NCBI GenBank assembly: GCA_004431415.1
Contig: QPMI01000432.1
Span: 1 to 64,000 of the forward strand
Source: Cyanophora paradoxa CCMP329
Lineage: Eukaryota > Plantae > Glaucophyta
DNA length: 64,000 bases
Direction: 5' to 3'
The notes under the pieces are model-generated. The model did no database searches, was not told where the DNA came from, and saw only the letters and a list, made by a program, of their open reading frames with translations. The position numbers and the translations under genes are program-made. The stretch's first letter is position 1. Every line of letters begins with the position of its first letter. Of this stretch, positions 48,965 to 61,221 are shown one piece after another.

Positions 48965-49690
48965 TGCCGCTTTGATGAGGTTGAATTCCCTGTATCCCTG
49001 GCCCCTACCTCTCCTGCCCCTCTGCCTTCTGCTGCATCTGTGATGCCTATCGATAATGATCCTAAAAAAATGAAGAAGAGTATATATAAGACACGCCCAA
49101 GCTTATAATTATGCCAGAAGAAGAAGAGTATGTATAAGACCCGCCCAAGCCGGTTTTGCGGTATTGACGAAAGGCAAAGCAATTAAGGACCCAAAGGCCC
49201 ACAGCACAATCGACTACCCTTGTCTGGTTGGTTCACTGTCGATTGTGCTTCGGGCCTTCGGGTCCTTCGCCTTTCGTCAAAACCGTACAACCGGCTTGGG
49301 CGTGTCTTATACATACTCTTCTTCTTCTTCACAATCGACAGTGAACCAACCAGACAAGGGTAGTGGCGGCGCAAACGCCTTATGGTCTACTGGATACTGA
49401 TCCCACTCTCCCTCCTACTGCCTCTCCTGAGTGGCGCCATGTATCCTCTCCTGACCTTGATCATGATCATGGTGACAACATCACTGATGTCCTGCCTCAG
49501 GTCTCTTTAAAACATTTGCGGCCCTCACCTCCTACGACTCTCTCCTCGAGCTCTGCTGCCCCTATGGATCTCACTAATATTAATGACCCAGGTTCCCCAG
49601 GTTCTCCTATGGTGCCTATTGAAAATGACGATGAGGCCGATGAACATGGCTGATGACCTAGAGTTTCACACGTGCCATGATCCCCAACTG
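48965..49690. mobile_element. Three-level nest of LINE-A fragments
   Basis: An old plus-strand ORF end (..APLPSAASVMPIDNDP / DTDPTLPP..DEADEHG-stop) is split by minus-strand 3' ends (about 49072-49390). These are in turn split by a plus-strand 3' end at 49215-49330 with TSD ACAATCGAC. Confidence 0.8.
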
Positions 49691-49828
49691 GCATGCCATG
49701 ATGCGCAAGCTTAATGTCAGAAAAATAGTACACGCGCACGTGGCCGGCGCCTCCCCCAAAGCGCACGACTTGCATATGCGCAGAATTAGAATCGCCGCAG
49801 ATCAAATTCCGGACAAATTCGCAACAAA

Positions 49829-52800
49829 ATGAGTTGGCCGACCAGCCGCGCGTCCCGGCGCACGCGTGCGCGCAGGGACCTCCTCCTCGCCATCATTATA
49901 TGCAGTCTGACTCTGCCGGTGCGCTGGTCCGGCCTCCCTGGAGCAGTCGTTCTGATCGGCGGCGCGCGGAGGAGCAGGCCGCCGGAGGATCCTTCGCGTT
50001 CGACTCGCAGCCGGGTGCGTGTCCGGAGTGGACTCAGGACGAGTGCGCCGCTGCGCTCGTTGCGCCGGCCGACGAGGCCGCGGAGTTCGAGTCCGCGCAC
50101 CAGTGCTCCACCCTCGCCGCCTCGCTCGCCGCCCGGTACCTCGTTCGATGGTCGAGCACTGGCGTAAGCACGCGCATTTTCTCCGCGCGCCCGCGCGCTG
50201 GACGCGCCCGCTTCGCAGGCGAGGATCACGCGGGAGCAGCTGGAGCGCGCGCGCTCGGCCGCGCCGGCGGCGGTGCTGGTGAAGGTCGTCGGCGGGGAGC
50301 TGTGGGTGAGGAGCCCGACGGCCCAGGAGCTCGCGCGGTGCGGGCCGGGGTGCCCCGCGGACGCGGCTCTCGCGGAGGGCGTTGTGCGGCTCTTCCACCG
50401 CCTCCTGCGCCGCTACCGCCTCCCGGACCTCGAGGCGGTCGTTTCTCTAGCCGAGGCGCCCTCCATTCTTCGCTTCGAGGCGCGCGCATTGCCCCCGCGC
50501 CGCCCCCGCACTTGGCTGACCGGCAGCTCGTGCCGCACCGACCGGCGCGCAGCTGCTTCCGCTCTTCTCGGTCCTGGCGTCGCCCGCGCACGCAGACATT
50601 CCTTTTCCGGACCCCCGCATGGCGCTGGACGCCGGCTGCTGGGTCGAGGGCAGCCCGTGGCGGCCCCCGGACTCCACCGCCCGCTGGGGTGAGAAGGAGC
50701 CGACCCTCTTCTGGGCGGGGCCCGTGCGCGCGTTTTAGGGTCCCTGTCCACCGTTCAGATCGTCTGATGTGACCACAGGCTGACGCTGGCGCTGCCAACG
50801 CCGTCGCCGCGAGCCGCTACCGCTTCCTCACGGCCCCCGCCAGCCGCGGTCCGAGAGCCCCGCTCTACCCCGCTGGGACTCGCTCCCTCTCAGTTTACGA
50901 GACCGTGCAGGCTGGAGCCGCAGCTTCCGGGCCCTCCTGGCCTCGGGCTCCCTCGTCTTCAAGCCCGAGAGCCCTTTCTTCGAGTTCTTCTACCCCCTCC
51001 TGCGCCCCTGGACTCACTACGTACCCCTCGGGGAGGATGCTTCGGACGGGGCGGAGCGGGCGGAGTGGGCCCGCCGCCACGACGCCGCCGCCCGCCGCAT
51101 CGCCGCCCAGGTGAGGCCCCTTCAACTCCAGCACTTCGTGTTCTCTTCTAGCCTAGTAGCTTCTCTGGCTTCCTCTTTCTCTTCTTCTGCTTCTCAGGCC
51201 GACGTTGCCGCAGGGCGCCGAGGCGGTGCGCGCTGCGCTCCGCTTCGAGGACGTCCTGTGCTACCTCAGGCGCCTCCTCGAGGGGTGCGCCGCTCTAGAT
51301 CTCTTTGATTAAGAACTAGCGAGCTCTTTGATTAAGACCTAGAGATCTCTTTGATTCAGATCTAGAGACCTCTTTGATTAAGACCCAGAGACCTCTTTGA
51401 TTAAGACCTAGAGACCTTCTCTAGATCTCTTTGATTAAGGCCTCTTTGATTAAGTATCTCGAACTTTGCGCCTTCAGGTATGCCGCCCTCCTGGACTTCG
51501 CGCCGGCCCCGGACCCCGCCGCCGGCGACCGGCGCGCGCCACTCCCCGCCCCGCCCCGCGGCTGCCCGGACCCCCGCCTGGCCCCCTTCGCCCCCGGCCC
51601 GCCCCGCGGCGGCCCGCCGAGGAGCTCCTGGCTTCCCACATTGCCCTCGGGCCCGACTTCCACTCTTCTACGACGGACGCCGCGCGTGGGGCCGCGGGCC
51701 CGGGGCCCCGCGCCCTGCCCCCGCTGCCGCCGCCGCCGTCCCTCCGGGCGGCCCGCGCCGCCTGCACGGGCCCCGCCGCTTCTGCTGGCGGCGGGGGGCC
51801 TGGCGGTCGTGGCGTGGGTCGCCGCCCACTCGCCGCCCCGCGCCCGCTCGCTGGCCCTCCTCGCCCCGGCCCTCCTCCTCCTTGCCGCCCTCGTCGCTTT
51901 GGCGCTCCTGCCCCTGTCCTCTCCTCCCACGACCTGCCCAGCGGCGCCCCCTCCCCCTGCTGCCGCCCTCGTCCCCACCGCACCTTGCGACTCGGCGAAC
52001 TGCTCAGCGCTCGTTCTCGAGGACGAGAGTGGCCCGCCGCCCCTCCGCGTGTACGTGCCCCTTCCCCGCCCCGCCTTCCCCACTGCGCCCCCGACCGCCC
52101 TCCAGGTACGTCTACGAGCTTCCGGCGCGCTTCAACACGGAGCTCATGGCGCCAGCCTGCGCCAGCGGGCCCTTCGCTGCCGACGCCTGGCTCCACTCCC
52201 ACCTTTCCGGCAGGCGCGCTTGTCCCCCTCTCGATCTCTCTCTTGTACCCGCCTCAACGTGAAGCTGTACCCCTGCAGCTGGCGGCGGACGTGGGACGGG
52301 GAGGCCGCGGACTTCTTCCTGCTACCCGTCTACACAGGCTGCGGCATGGGCGTCGTGTACCCCCTCCGGCCCCTCATGCGCGACGCCCTCCTCGAGGTAC
52401 GCACACGTACCCCCCTCTCCCGTGCCTCCTCCAGGCCCTGAGCGGGCGGCTGCCCGGGCAGGCGGTGGCGTACGCGCGGGCAGTCCTCCCCTACTGGGAC
52501 CGCCGCCCCGCCGACCACATGCTCGTCTTCCCCAACGGTATACGTACCCCCAACGTCCCCCAAAAAACTCCCAACAGGGGTACCGGTCTCACCTAAGCCG
52601 CGCCAGAGTTCGGCTCGTGCGTGGACGGGGAGCGGCTGGTGGCGGAGACCCCCCGCGGGGCGCAGCGGCCGCCACCAACCCCGCTCCAGCCCGCCATCTT
52701 CCTCCAGCACTCCGGCGAGTGCGCCACGTACATAAAACATAAACAGAACATATAGCGAATTGCATACAATTTCGGAACGACTCCATCTTGCGCGCCCTCC

Positions 52801-53554
52801 CTAGCTAACTCCTTTCGTGCGCAGCTACTTCACGCCGTGCTACTCGGCGGCCAAGGACGTCGTCCTCCCCGCCCTGGGCCCCATCGCCCGCGACCCGGCC
52901 CGCTCGGGGGCCCTCCTCGCGGCCGCGCGCGCCGCGGCGGGGCGGCCGCGGCCCCTCCTCGCCTTCTTCTCGGGGGCCTTCGAGGGCCTGCCCCTGCGGG
53001 AGGCCCTCTGGCGCCTCTACGCCGCCGACGAGCGCGTGCGGCTCGTGCGGGAGGCGCCCTGCGGGGGCACCGGCCCCTGCGAGGAGGCGGGGGGCGAGGG
53101 GCTCGAGGCCTCCCTCCTGGACGCCAGCTTCTGCCTCGTCGTGCCCGGCTGGGCCGACTGGTCCCCCCGCGTGCGCGCCCCTTCGCTCCCCTTTGAATCT
53201 TTTCGCGAATCGCTTCCCTGTCAGCTCGGGGAGGCGATCCTGGCGGGGTGCGTGCCCGTGCTCGTCGGGGACGGGTACGACCTGCCCTACGCCCGCACGG
53301 TCCCGTACCCCGCCTTCGCCCTCTACGTGGGCCCCTCGGAGCGGGACTTGGCCGGCCTGCGCCGGCGCTTGGAGGCGGTTCCCGAGCGGGAGGTGGCGGC
53401 CCGGCGCGCGCGCGCCCTTGAGGCGGCCGATGCCTTCCGCTGGTGCCCGCCGGGCCGGGGGCTGGGCGAGGGCGCCCCAGGCTGCGGCGCCCTCGACGCC
53501 CTCTTCGCCGAGCTGGCGGCCCGCCGCCGCCTCCTCTCCCGGGCCCGCCCTTGA
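49829..53554 (+). CDS. Glycosyltransferase with GT90/CAP10-like domain followed by exostosin GT47 domain (apparent fusion), multi-exon
   Basis: Signal anchor RRDLLLAIIICSLTLP. GT90: LPDLEAVVSLAEAP, DIPFPD, WGEKEPTLFWAG, FEFFYPLLRPWTHYVP, EWARRHDAAARRIA, DVLCYLRRLLEGYAALLDF. GT47: YVYELPARFN, ADFFLLPVY, PYWDRRPADH, KDVVLP, SFCLVVPGWADWSPRLGEAILAGCVPV..DLPY. Confidence 0.8.
51295..51455 (+). repeat. Intronic tandem repeat of about 22-24 bp (core CTCTTTGATTAAG)
   Basis: About seven copies of CTCTTTGATT(A/C)AG in an AT-rich intron. Confidence 0.9.
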
Positions 53555-53693
53555 TTCCCACTATGTCAATAGATTCTTGTCATCATAAATGTACGCGGCT
53601 GTAGATCTGCACTCGTCTCCCTTCCGAAATCCATGGGGACCTCCGACTCGGCGAGGCTCAGCGCCATATAGCTAGTGCTAGCGGTGGACGAGC

Positions 53694-53725
53694 AGCGCTA
53701 GCTATATAGCGCTATAGCTAGCGCT
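53694..53725. repeat. 13-bp perfect inverted repeat AGCGCTAGCTATA-N6-TATAGCTAGCGCT
   Basis: Read directly; lies between the convergent GT47 and histidine kinase genes. Confidence 0.85.
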
Positions 53726-54378
53726 AGCGCTCAGCGGCTAGCAGGCCCTGAGGGCGGCGGCGGGGCCGGCGCCGCGGCCGAGTCCAGGATCATGATCCGA
53801 TGATCAGAGCTCGAGTTTCGGAGGGCCCCAGCTGCAGCCCAGGGCCTCGCAATCGGGCCGCTGGGCCCTTGCCGCAGTGCGTCAAGGACGCTACTCAGCA
53901 GGTTTCTCCAGCAAGCCAGTGATTCTGTTCTATGTGCATCGATATATTTATGAATTCTGGTAATTGTAAATACGCACACACTGTGTGACACTGTCGAAAA
54001 GAAAATCACAAGAGCAACCTTCAACAAATACAAGGGCAAGCACGCATATCAGAGCGGCGCCCCTTCCTAAAAAAAATCCTACAGCATACTCGCTTTAAAT
54101 TACAACCTAGGCGATCTGAAAATCACAGCGACGCGGGACGAATAAGTTCCATTCGAGAGGATCTGATTTACACGAGATCTATGGGGGAAGAATGGCCGCC
54201 TAATCGGTTTACTCTGACTCTACTACGGCAACACGCTGCACTACGCAACGCTGGTGGTGTGTCTGTGCAAATGCGCTACGGGTAATGCTTGACCCTGATG
54301 GCTGCTGAACGTAGTCGCGAAGGGGGAGAAAGGATGAGCGGAACTGAAAAGATAGAAAGGGCGCGGCGCGGCCTAGAT

Positions 54379-57300
54379 CTAGAGGCCGGCACCCTGCCAG
54401 GGGAGGGTGGCGGCGACGGCCACGGGGGTCGGCGAGTCGGCGGCGCCTGGGGGGGCTACAGCCATGGAGACGGAGCCTGAGCGTGTCATGGGGGCCGAGG
54501 CGGGGGCGGCGGGGCCCAAGGACGACTCGGAGCTGATCGCGGGGGGGCGGCCCCGCCCCGAGGCCCACTTCGTGATCGTTGAGAGGATGACGGAGCGCGA
54601 CACGGGCTTCGTCACTGCGAGCGAAGCCAAGCGGCGGCGTCAGCGGGGCGGCATTCGTCATAGAGGGAGGAGAGGGCGGACGGTAGTCGTCCATGCCGGA
54701 GCGGATGACGCCGTCGCGGTCGTGCGAGGTGGAGAAGGCCGTGCACGCGATGATTGTGGTGCGGGCGGGGAGCGCCATGGCGGCCTCGAAGGCCCGGATG
54801 CGGCGCGTGGCGCCGTGCCCGTCCAGCTTCGGCATCTGCACGTCCATGAAGATGAAGTCGAAGACCGGGCCCCGCGGCTGCTCCGGGTCCGCCGCTGCGC
54901 CGCAGGCGTCAAGAGGGGGGTACAGACGTGGGGGGGGAGGGGGGGGGGGGGGGCACCGCGGGCGCGGGCGCGGGCCTCGAAGAGCATTGCCGCCTCCTCG
55001 CCGTCCGAGGCCGTCGCCACGCGGTGCCCGTCCGACGCGAGGAACGCCGAGAGCACCCGCCGGTTCATCTGAGCCGCCCGCTGCCTGAGCCGAGGGGCCC
55101 AGGGGAGGGAGGGGAAGAGATAGGATACCTCAACGTCGTCGACGACGAGGACGTCGAGGGGCGCGATGGATGTCACGGAGGCGACCGAGCCACGGCGCGA
55201 GGCGCCGAGGGAGCGCGGGGCCCCCCCGCCGGGCTTCGGGCTCGCCGAGCCGGCCCCGAGCAGCAGCGACGAGACGCCCGAGCCGGAGCCGGGGCCTGAG
55301 CCTGAGCCGGAGCCGGAGCCCGAGGCGGCGACGGAGGTGGCGGAGAGGGTGTGGAGGAGGCCCGGCCCCATGGCGACCGAGGCCAGGCCCCCGGCTCCGC
55401 CGGCCCCGCCCGCCTCCGGCTCGCGGTTCTCCGTCGCGGGCAGCGGCGTGACCGCCGGGGAGGAGCGCGGCGAGTGCTCCTTGGAGGAGCCGGCCGCCTT
55501 GCGCCTCGGCGTCCCGGGGACCGACCTCTCCGCCGCCACGCCGGCGCCGTGCGGGTGCACAGCCACGCCGGCGCCGGCGCCGGCGCTGTTGCGGCGCGGG
55601 GAGCCGAGGGCCGGCTCCTGGCCGAGGGCCTCGGCGAGCTTGGCGAGGAGGACGGGCTTGCGGATGGGCTTGGTCATGTACGCGTCCATGCCGGCGGCGA
55701 GGCACGCCGCCTCGTCCTCCGAGGAGACCGAGGCGGTGAGGGCGACGATGAAGTGGCGGGGGAGGCCGCGCGCCGCCTCCAGCGCCCGCAGCCGCCGCGT
55801 CGCCTCGTACCCGTCCACCCCGGGCATCCGGCAGTCCATGCTGCGCGCGGAGGAGGCGGGGGCGTCAGCGGGGGGCGGGGGGCGGGGGAGGCGCCGGAGG
55901 GGGGCCCGGCGCACAAGACGACGTCGAAGGCGCGGGCGGCGGGCCCGGCGGACTCGCACGCGGCCTCGAAGCGGGCGACGGCCTCGGCGCCGTCGCTGGC
56001 GACCTGCACCGTGTACCCCTCCCGCTTCAGCATCGTCTCCAGGACCTTGGCGTTCACCGCGTTGTCTGCGCGCCGCGCCCGCCGTGAGCGGGGCGCACGC
56101 AGCGCGTCGGGTGGGCGGGCGGGTGCACCTTCGGCGACGAGCACGGAGCAGATGCGGGCGAGCGGGGCGGGGCGGGCGGAGTGGGCCGGGGAGAGCCTCG
56201 ACGGGCTCCCGTGGCGGGAGTTGAGGGAGAGGCGCGGGGAGCGGGACCGGAGGGCGGCGGCGGGGAGGATCATGACGCCCGACCCCACAGCCTCGTCGAC
56301 GGGGCCCATCGACCCCGCTCCCTCCAGCGTTTCGTCGTCCACTGCGCGCGGCCGCGTCGGCGCCGGCGGGGGAGGGCGGGGGGGCGGGGTCGGGCAAGGC
56401 GCACGGCGGCGGAGCGGGAGGAAGAACCAGAACTTGGAGCCGATGCCCGGGGTGGAGAGGCAGCCGATCTGGCCGCCGGCGCGCTCGACGATCTCGCGGG
56501 AGATGGCGAGCCCGAGTCCCGTGCCGCCGGGGTCGGCCTCCGGGGCCTGGTGGACGCGGAAGAAGCGGGTGAAGAGCTGCTGCTGCGAGGTCTCGTCGAT
56601 GCCGGGGCCCGTGTCCGCCACGTCGAACTGGACCGCCACGTGGCCCTCGGGGGCCGCCCCCTCCCGCAGGTACGCCGCGATCCGCACGCTCCCGCCCTGC
56701 GGCGTGTACTTCACCGCGTTCGAGAGCAGCTGCGAGGGGGCGTGGGTCGTTCGGTCGCTTCTGACGGAGGGAGGGAGGGGAGGGGGGGGGAGGGGGCGGG
56801 CGAACGTTCAGCAGGACCTGGCGGAGGCGGTCGGGGTCGCCCTCGACGAGCGGGGGTACGCGCTCGTCGATGGAGACGGAGAGCTTGATGGCCTTGTCGC
56901 CGGCGCGCTGCTGCACGATGCGCACGGCGTTCATCACGGCGAGCCGCGGGTCCATCGCCACGCTCTGCAGCGCGATCGCCCCCGCCTCGATCTTCTGCAG
57001 GTCCAGCACGTCGTTCACCTGCGCCCGCCCGCCCCCTCGACTGAGCTCGGGCGCGCCTCGTCTGAGCCCGGGGGCGCCCGGGTGGGGCCGGACCAGCGCG
57101 AGGAGGTGTTCTCCGGAGAGGGCGGCGGCCGAGACGTACTCGGCGGCGGCCGGCGACAGCTCGCACTCGCGCGCCAGGTCCAGCATCCCCAGGATCCCGT
57201 TCAGCGGCGTCCGCACTGCGAAGAGGGCGCGCGGCTCAAACGGGCGCGGAGGGCGAAGGGCCGGGGCGGAGGGCCGGGGCGGGAGCGCACTCTCGTGGGA

Positions 57301-59914
57301 CATGGTGGCGAGGAACTTGCGGGTCTCCTCCTCGCGGACCTCGATCTCGAGCTTGGTCTTGCGCTCGGCGAGGAGGGTCTTGAGGAGGGCGGTCTCCGTG
57401 AGGGAGAGCTCCTGGAAGGACTGGAACTTGGAGTGCACGTCCGACATGAGCGACTGGAAGGCGGAGAGCTCGGCCAGCCCCGAGCTCAGCGCCACCGACT
57501 GCCGCTTCGCCCGCGACTGCAGGGGGCCCTCCCCGCGCCACCCGGGCGTCCCCGCCCCCGAGTTGACCCCGCTGTTCGGCAGCACGCGCCGCCGCGCCGA
57601 GCGCCAGGGCATCCAGAGGCCGCCCGGCTTGCCCCTGGGGTCCTTGGGGGAGAGGGGCGTGAGGGACTCGGCGGCGCCCTCGGGGAGGGCCAGGCCGGCG
57701 CCCTCGTCGCCGTGGGCCTGCTTCCGCAGCTCGCCCGTCACGTTCGTCATCGTCTGCGCGCGGGCCGAGGCCGCCTCAGCGGCCGGCGGGGCGGCGCGGG
57801 GCGGGGCGGAGCGGACGGCGACGAGGCGGGCGATGGAGCGGCGGAGCTCGAGGAGCGGCTTGGCGATGCGCCACGAGAGGACGACGGCGAGCACCAGGCA
57901 GACCACCAGCCACAGCACGTTCGCGATGCTGCGCGGCGCCCGCTCGGAGGGGCGGGCGGGCGGGGGGGACGGCGGGGAAGGGGCGCACAAGGTCCACATG
58001 ATGGAGGACTGGATCTCCTGGAGGAGGACGTCCTTGGGGACGGCGACGTGGATGGTCCAGCGGAGGTCGGGCGGCAGCTGGATCTCGCCCTGGCCCCCGA
58101 TGTACTCCCGGTTGCCGTTCCGGAAGGAGATGGTCTTCCCTCCTCCGTCGCCCGTCGCGGCGTCCGCTGCCACCATCTGCCGGATGATGGGGTTCGGGTT
58201 CGCCCTGCGCGCGCCCCTCCAAGTGAGGCCCCGTGCATTCGGGGCGAGGGGGCCGAGCGGGCGGAGCGGCGCACGAGGCGTCGATGGGGGAGCGCTTGGC
58301 GACGTCGAGGATGTGCTCGGCCCGCATCGTGCTCGAGGCGACCATCTTCCCGTCCGCCGTCGTGATCACCACGATCGCCTCCGGGACCGGCACAGCCTCC
58401 CGCAGGATCGAGGAGAGGGTGCCCACGGGGAGGTTCGCCCCCACGGCCCCCGCCACGGGCGGCAGCGGGTCGCTGGCGCTGGCCGGGCGCCAGCCTTCGG
58501 GCGCCGGGCGCTGCAGGTGGTCGGGGAAGCCCATCAGCACAGGCCCGCCGCGCTCGTCGATGTCCTGGGGGGGTCGGATGACAGCCGAGTACGAGATCAC
58601 GAGGTTCGCCAGCGGCTCCGTCACGGGACTCGCCGAACTCCGCACCCGGCTCCACGTCTGCGCCCCAACCCGCCCCGCTCGCTGCCCGCCCCGCTCAAGG
58701 GGGCCGCCGGCGCCGCGCACCGCGTTGTTGGGGCTGTTCAGCGTGGACCGGTACCAGCCGGTGGGGCTGTCCGCGAAGATGACCCCCGCCTGCCACTCCA
58801 GCGGCTGGCCCCGGTTGTCCGCCGAGTAGAGGTTCAGCACCGTCCCTGCCCGCGCCGTGAGCGGTGGCCGCGAGAGGCGGGGCGGGCAAGGCGCGGATGG
58901 CAGACCGTTGTTCACGGCGGCGCGGAGGCCGGTGGGGCAGTTGCTGGTGGCGTTGTCGCATCGTTCGATGCCGTAGAACGTCGAGTCGAGAAATCGCACG
59001 TAACTAGTGTCTAGCGTCGTGTGCAGCACCAAGTCCCGCCGGAACTGAGAGGCGGCGGGCCCCGCCCGCGTCAGCGCCTCGGCCAGCCCCCGGACGGGAG
59101 TAGCTGGGCGCGCGAACCTTCTCCAGCATTCGCCTCCAGCCGTCCTTCGTGAGCATTCCCGACTCGAACTCGTTCTTGCTCTGCATCACCACGAAGTACG
59201 CCTGCTCCATGCGGTTCTGCGGCGCGCCGCGCGGGCGGCGAGATCAGCCGCCGAGCCGCTGACGGCGCAGCGCGGCGGTGAGGGACGCACTGTGACGCCC
59301 TTCCGCGTTTGCTGGTGGATTCCTTGGATCAGAGATCCCGCCAGCGTCTCGATGTTGTGCACTCCCTGCGAGCTCGAGGCGTTAGCAGCGCCGCGCTTGA
59401 GGTGCGGGGCGGAGGCACCAGCGCGTAAGTGATGCTCCAAGACACGGCGATGGCGCCGACGACTTGCAGCACCGAAACGAGGATGACCAGCGAACGGATC
59501 TGGGAGGGGCGGTCGGATGCGCTGCTGCGCACAGGGAGCGAGCGCAGCGGGCGCTGCTCACCGAGAACACTTTCTTCCAGCGCGTGTTAGCTTTCGATGG
59601 CGGCTTTCTGCTCTTAATGATGGGGCTGTCGTGGGTTGTACTGGCGGAGTTCACGCCTGTTGTGCTCGGCGAGGGATGCTGCAAAGCATCCTGCGGCTTC
59701 GCAACTTTGATATCCACGAGAGTCGCCAAACCCGACGGGCCCCCGGATGGCTCCCCGGGCTCGGGCGGGCCTGCGAGATGCAGGGTTGGCAACCCACAGA
59801 GCTTTAGCCCGAGCGGGGACTCCTACCAGGCAGCATGGCAACCACACTGCGTTGATGTGAGCCGCCCGGCTTCGAAGCGAGAGATGAGTTCGACGAGCCC
59901 GGCGTGCTGCTCAT
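54379..59914 (-). CDS. Membrane hybrid sensor histidine kinase (TM, extracellular Cache-like sensor, TM, HisKA, HATPase_c, REC, REC), multi-exon
   Basis: H-box FLATMSHE-RTPLNGILGM; GDPDRLRQVLLNLLSNAVKYT; DTGPGI; GGTGLGLAIS. REC1 MDCRMPGVDG..TKP; REC2 MDVQMPKLDG..TKP. TM segments LVILVSVLQVVGAIAV and VLWLVVCLVLAVVLSWRIAKPL. Confidence 0.92.
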
Positions 59915-60375
59915 CCCGGTCGCCTCAATCGCCTCAATGGCCTCGCATGCTCCTGATAGCCAGCTGCTGCGGTTGCTCTTGCACTTTGCGAGAAGAAGAT
60001 GCACCAGCACGGAAATGTGATGAACACGCTAAGAGGCCTGGCAACAAGGCCTGCCCTTTGCAAGAAGGATGCTGCGCTTGCTGGTCAATCAAAAGCTGGA
60101 GAAGGCTGCTGTCTGTGCACACTAGGACACCCTTGACACTTGGAGAATCTAAGCGAGCAGCTTTTTCGGGGCTGAGCGACTACACCACCCAAAGGTCCAG
60201 CTAGCGCTGGATCGGTATAGAGCGCGCGCTTCTCCGAAGCTGACAATTGCAACGCGCGCGCGCCTTCTTGACAGCTCCCGCGATGCGACGCGTCGCTCAG
60301 TGCCGGCGAACCACTCGAGTTCGAGCGGTGAACTTGGCCAGCGCCGTCAGCCGGCGCGTCAGTAGCGTCAACTCT

Positions 60376-60384
60376 GGCCAATCA
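60376..60384 (+). promoter_or_regulatory. Candidate CCAAT box (GGCCAATCA) in the divergent HK/DCTN5 promoter
   Basis: NF-Y consensus about 100 nt upstream of the DCTN5 ATG. Confidence 0.4.
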
Positions 60385-60479
60385 CAGCTCGCGGTTTCTG
60401 AATACTTAGTACAAGTACCCAAGCCCAGCAGCCAGGGGGTACATATACAGTAGGCCCGCCGGCCGGCGGTGAGGCGCAC

Positions 60480-61221
60480 ATGTCGGGCGCCGCGCCGGCG
60501 AGCGAGCGACCCGAGTTCATAGAGACGAAGAGCGGAAATCGCATCGCGCGCAGCTGCGTCATCGTCGACGGCGCGGCCATCAGCATCGAGGGCAAGTCGC
60601 TCGTGCAGCCGGACTGCGTGCTCCGCGCAGACCTCGGGCCCATCCGCATCGGCCGCAACTGCATCCTCGGCCGCGGCGTCCTCCTGCAGCCGTCTCGGAG
60701 AGCTGCGCGGTACGCTCTCCGCACCACAAGAGCGCCGGTATTCCGACAGACGCGGTTGCTTACGCTCTCCAGGCTCGCTGCGGGCGCGGGCATCGTCATC
60801 GGGGACCACACAATCTTCGGTGAGGGCACGGTTGTGCAGGCCGCGGCCGTCGGGTCCTTCTGTGACATTGGCCGGGAGTGCGTGCTGGTACGCGATTCGC
60901 CCAGGCAGCCTGCTCGCAGCCTGCTGCGCCCTGAGCGCCCTCGGCTCGCAGGCGGAAGGCTGCGTGCTGAAGGACTGCTGCAAGGTGCTCGACGGGACGA
61001 TCCTCGCGCCCGAGACCGTCATCCCGCCCTTCCAGATCTTCGGCGGGATTCCTGGTGCGCCGCGGCGCCGCCGTCCCTCCAGGTCAACTTCGACTGCAAG
61101 GCGCTGGCGTGAGCGTCGGGCGGGGCGGGGCGCAGGGCACCAGGTGGGGGAGCTGCCAGAGAGCATGGAAGAGGTGATGCGGGACCGCTCCTCGCTTCTG
61201 TACCGCGAAGGGCGCGCCTAG
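60480..61221 (+). CDS. DCTN5: Dynactin subunit 5 (p25), 4 exons
   Basis: [74 protein letters not shown]; left-handed beta-helix repeats. Confidence 0.92.

Noticed and set aside
49117-49690. Twin-priming 5' inversion of a single LINE-A
   Set aside because: The plus-strand ORF continues on the other side (48965-49062) with a degenerate TSD, so nested insertion explains it better.
51295-51455. CRISPR-like short repeats
   Set aside because: This is a head-to-tail intronic minisatellite with no spacers.
55351-59014. 1004-aa and 714-aa plus-strand ORFs
   Set aside because: They are antisense shadows of the histidine kinase and contain no motifs.
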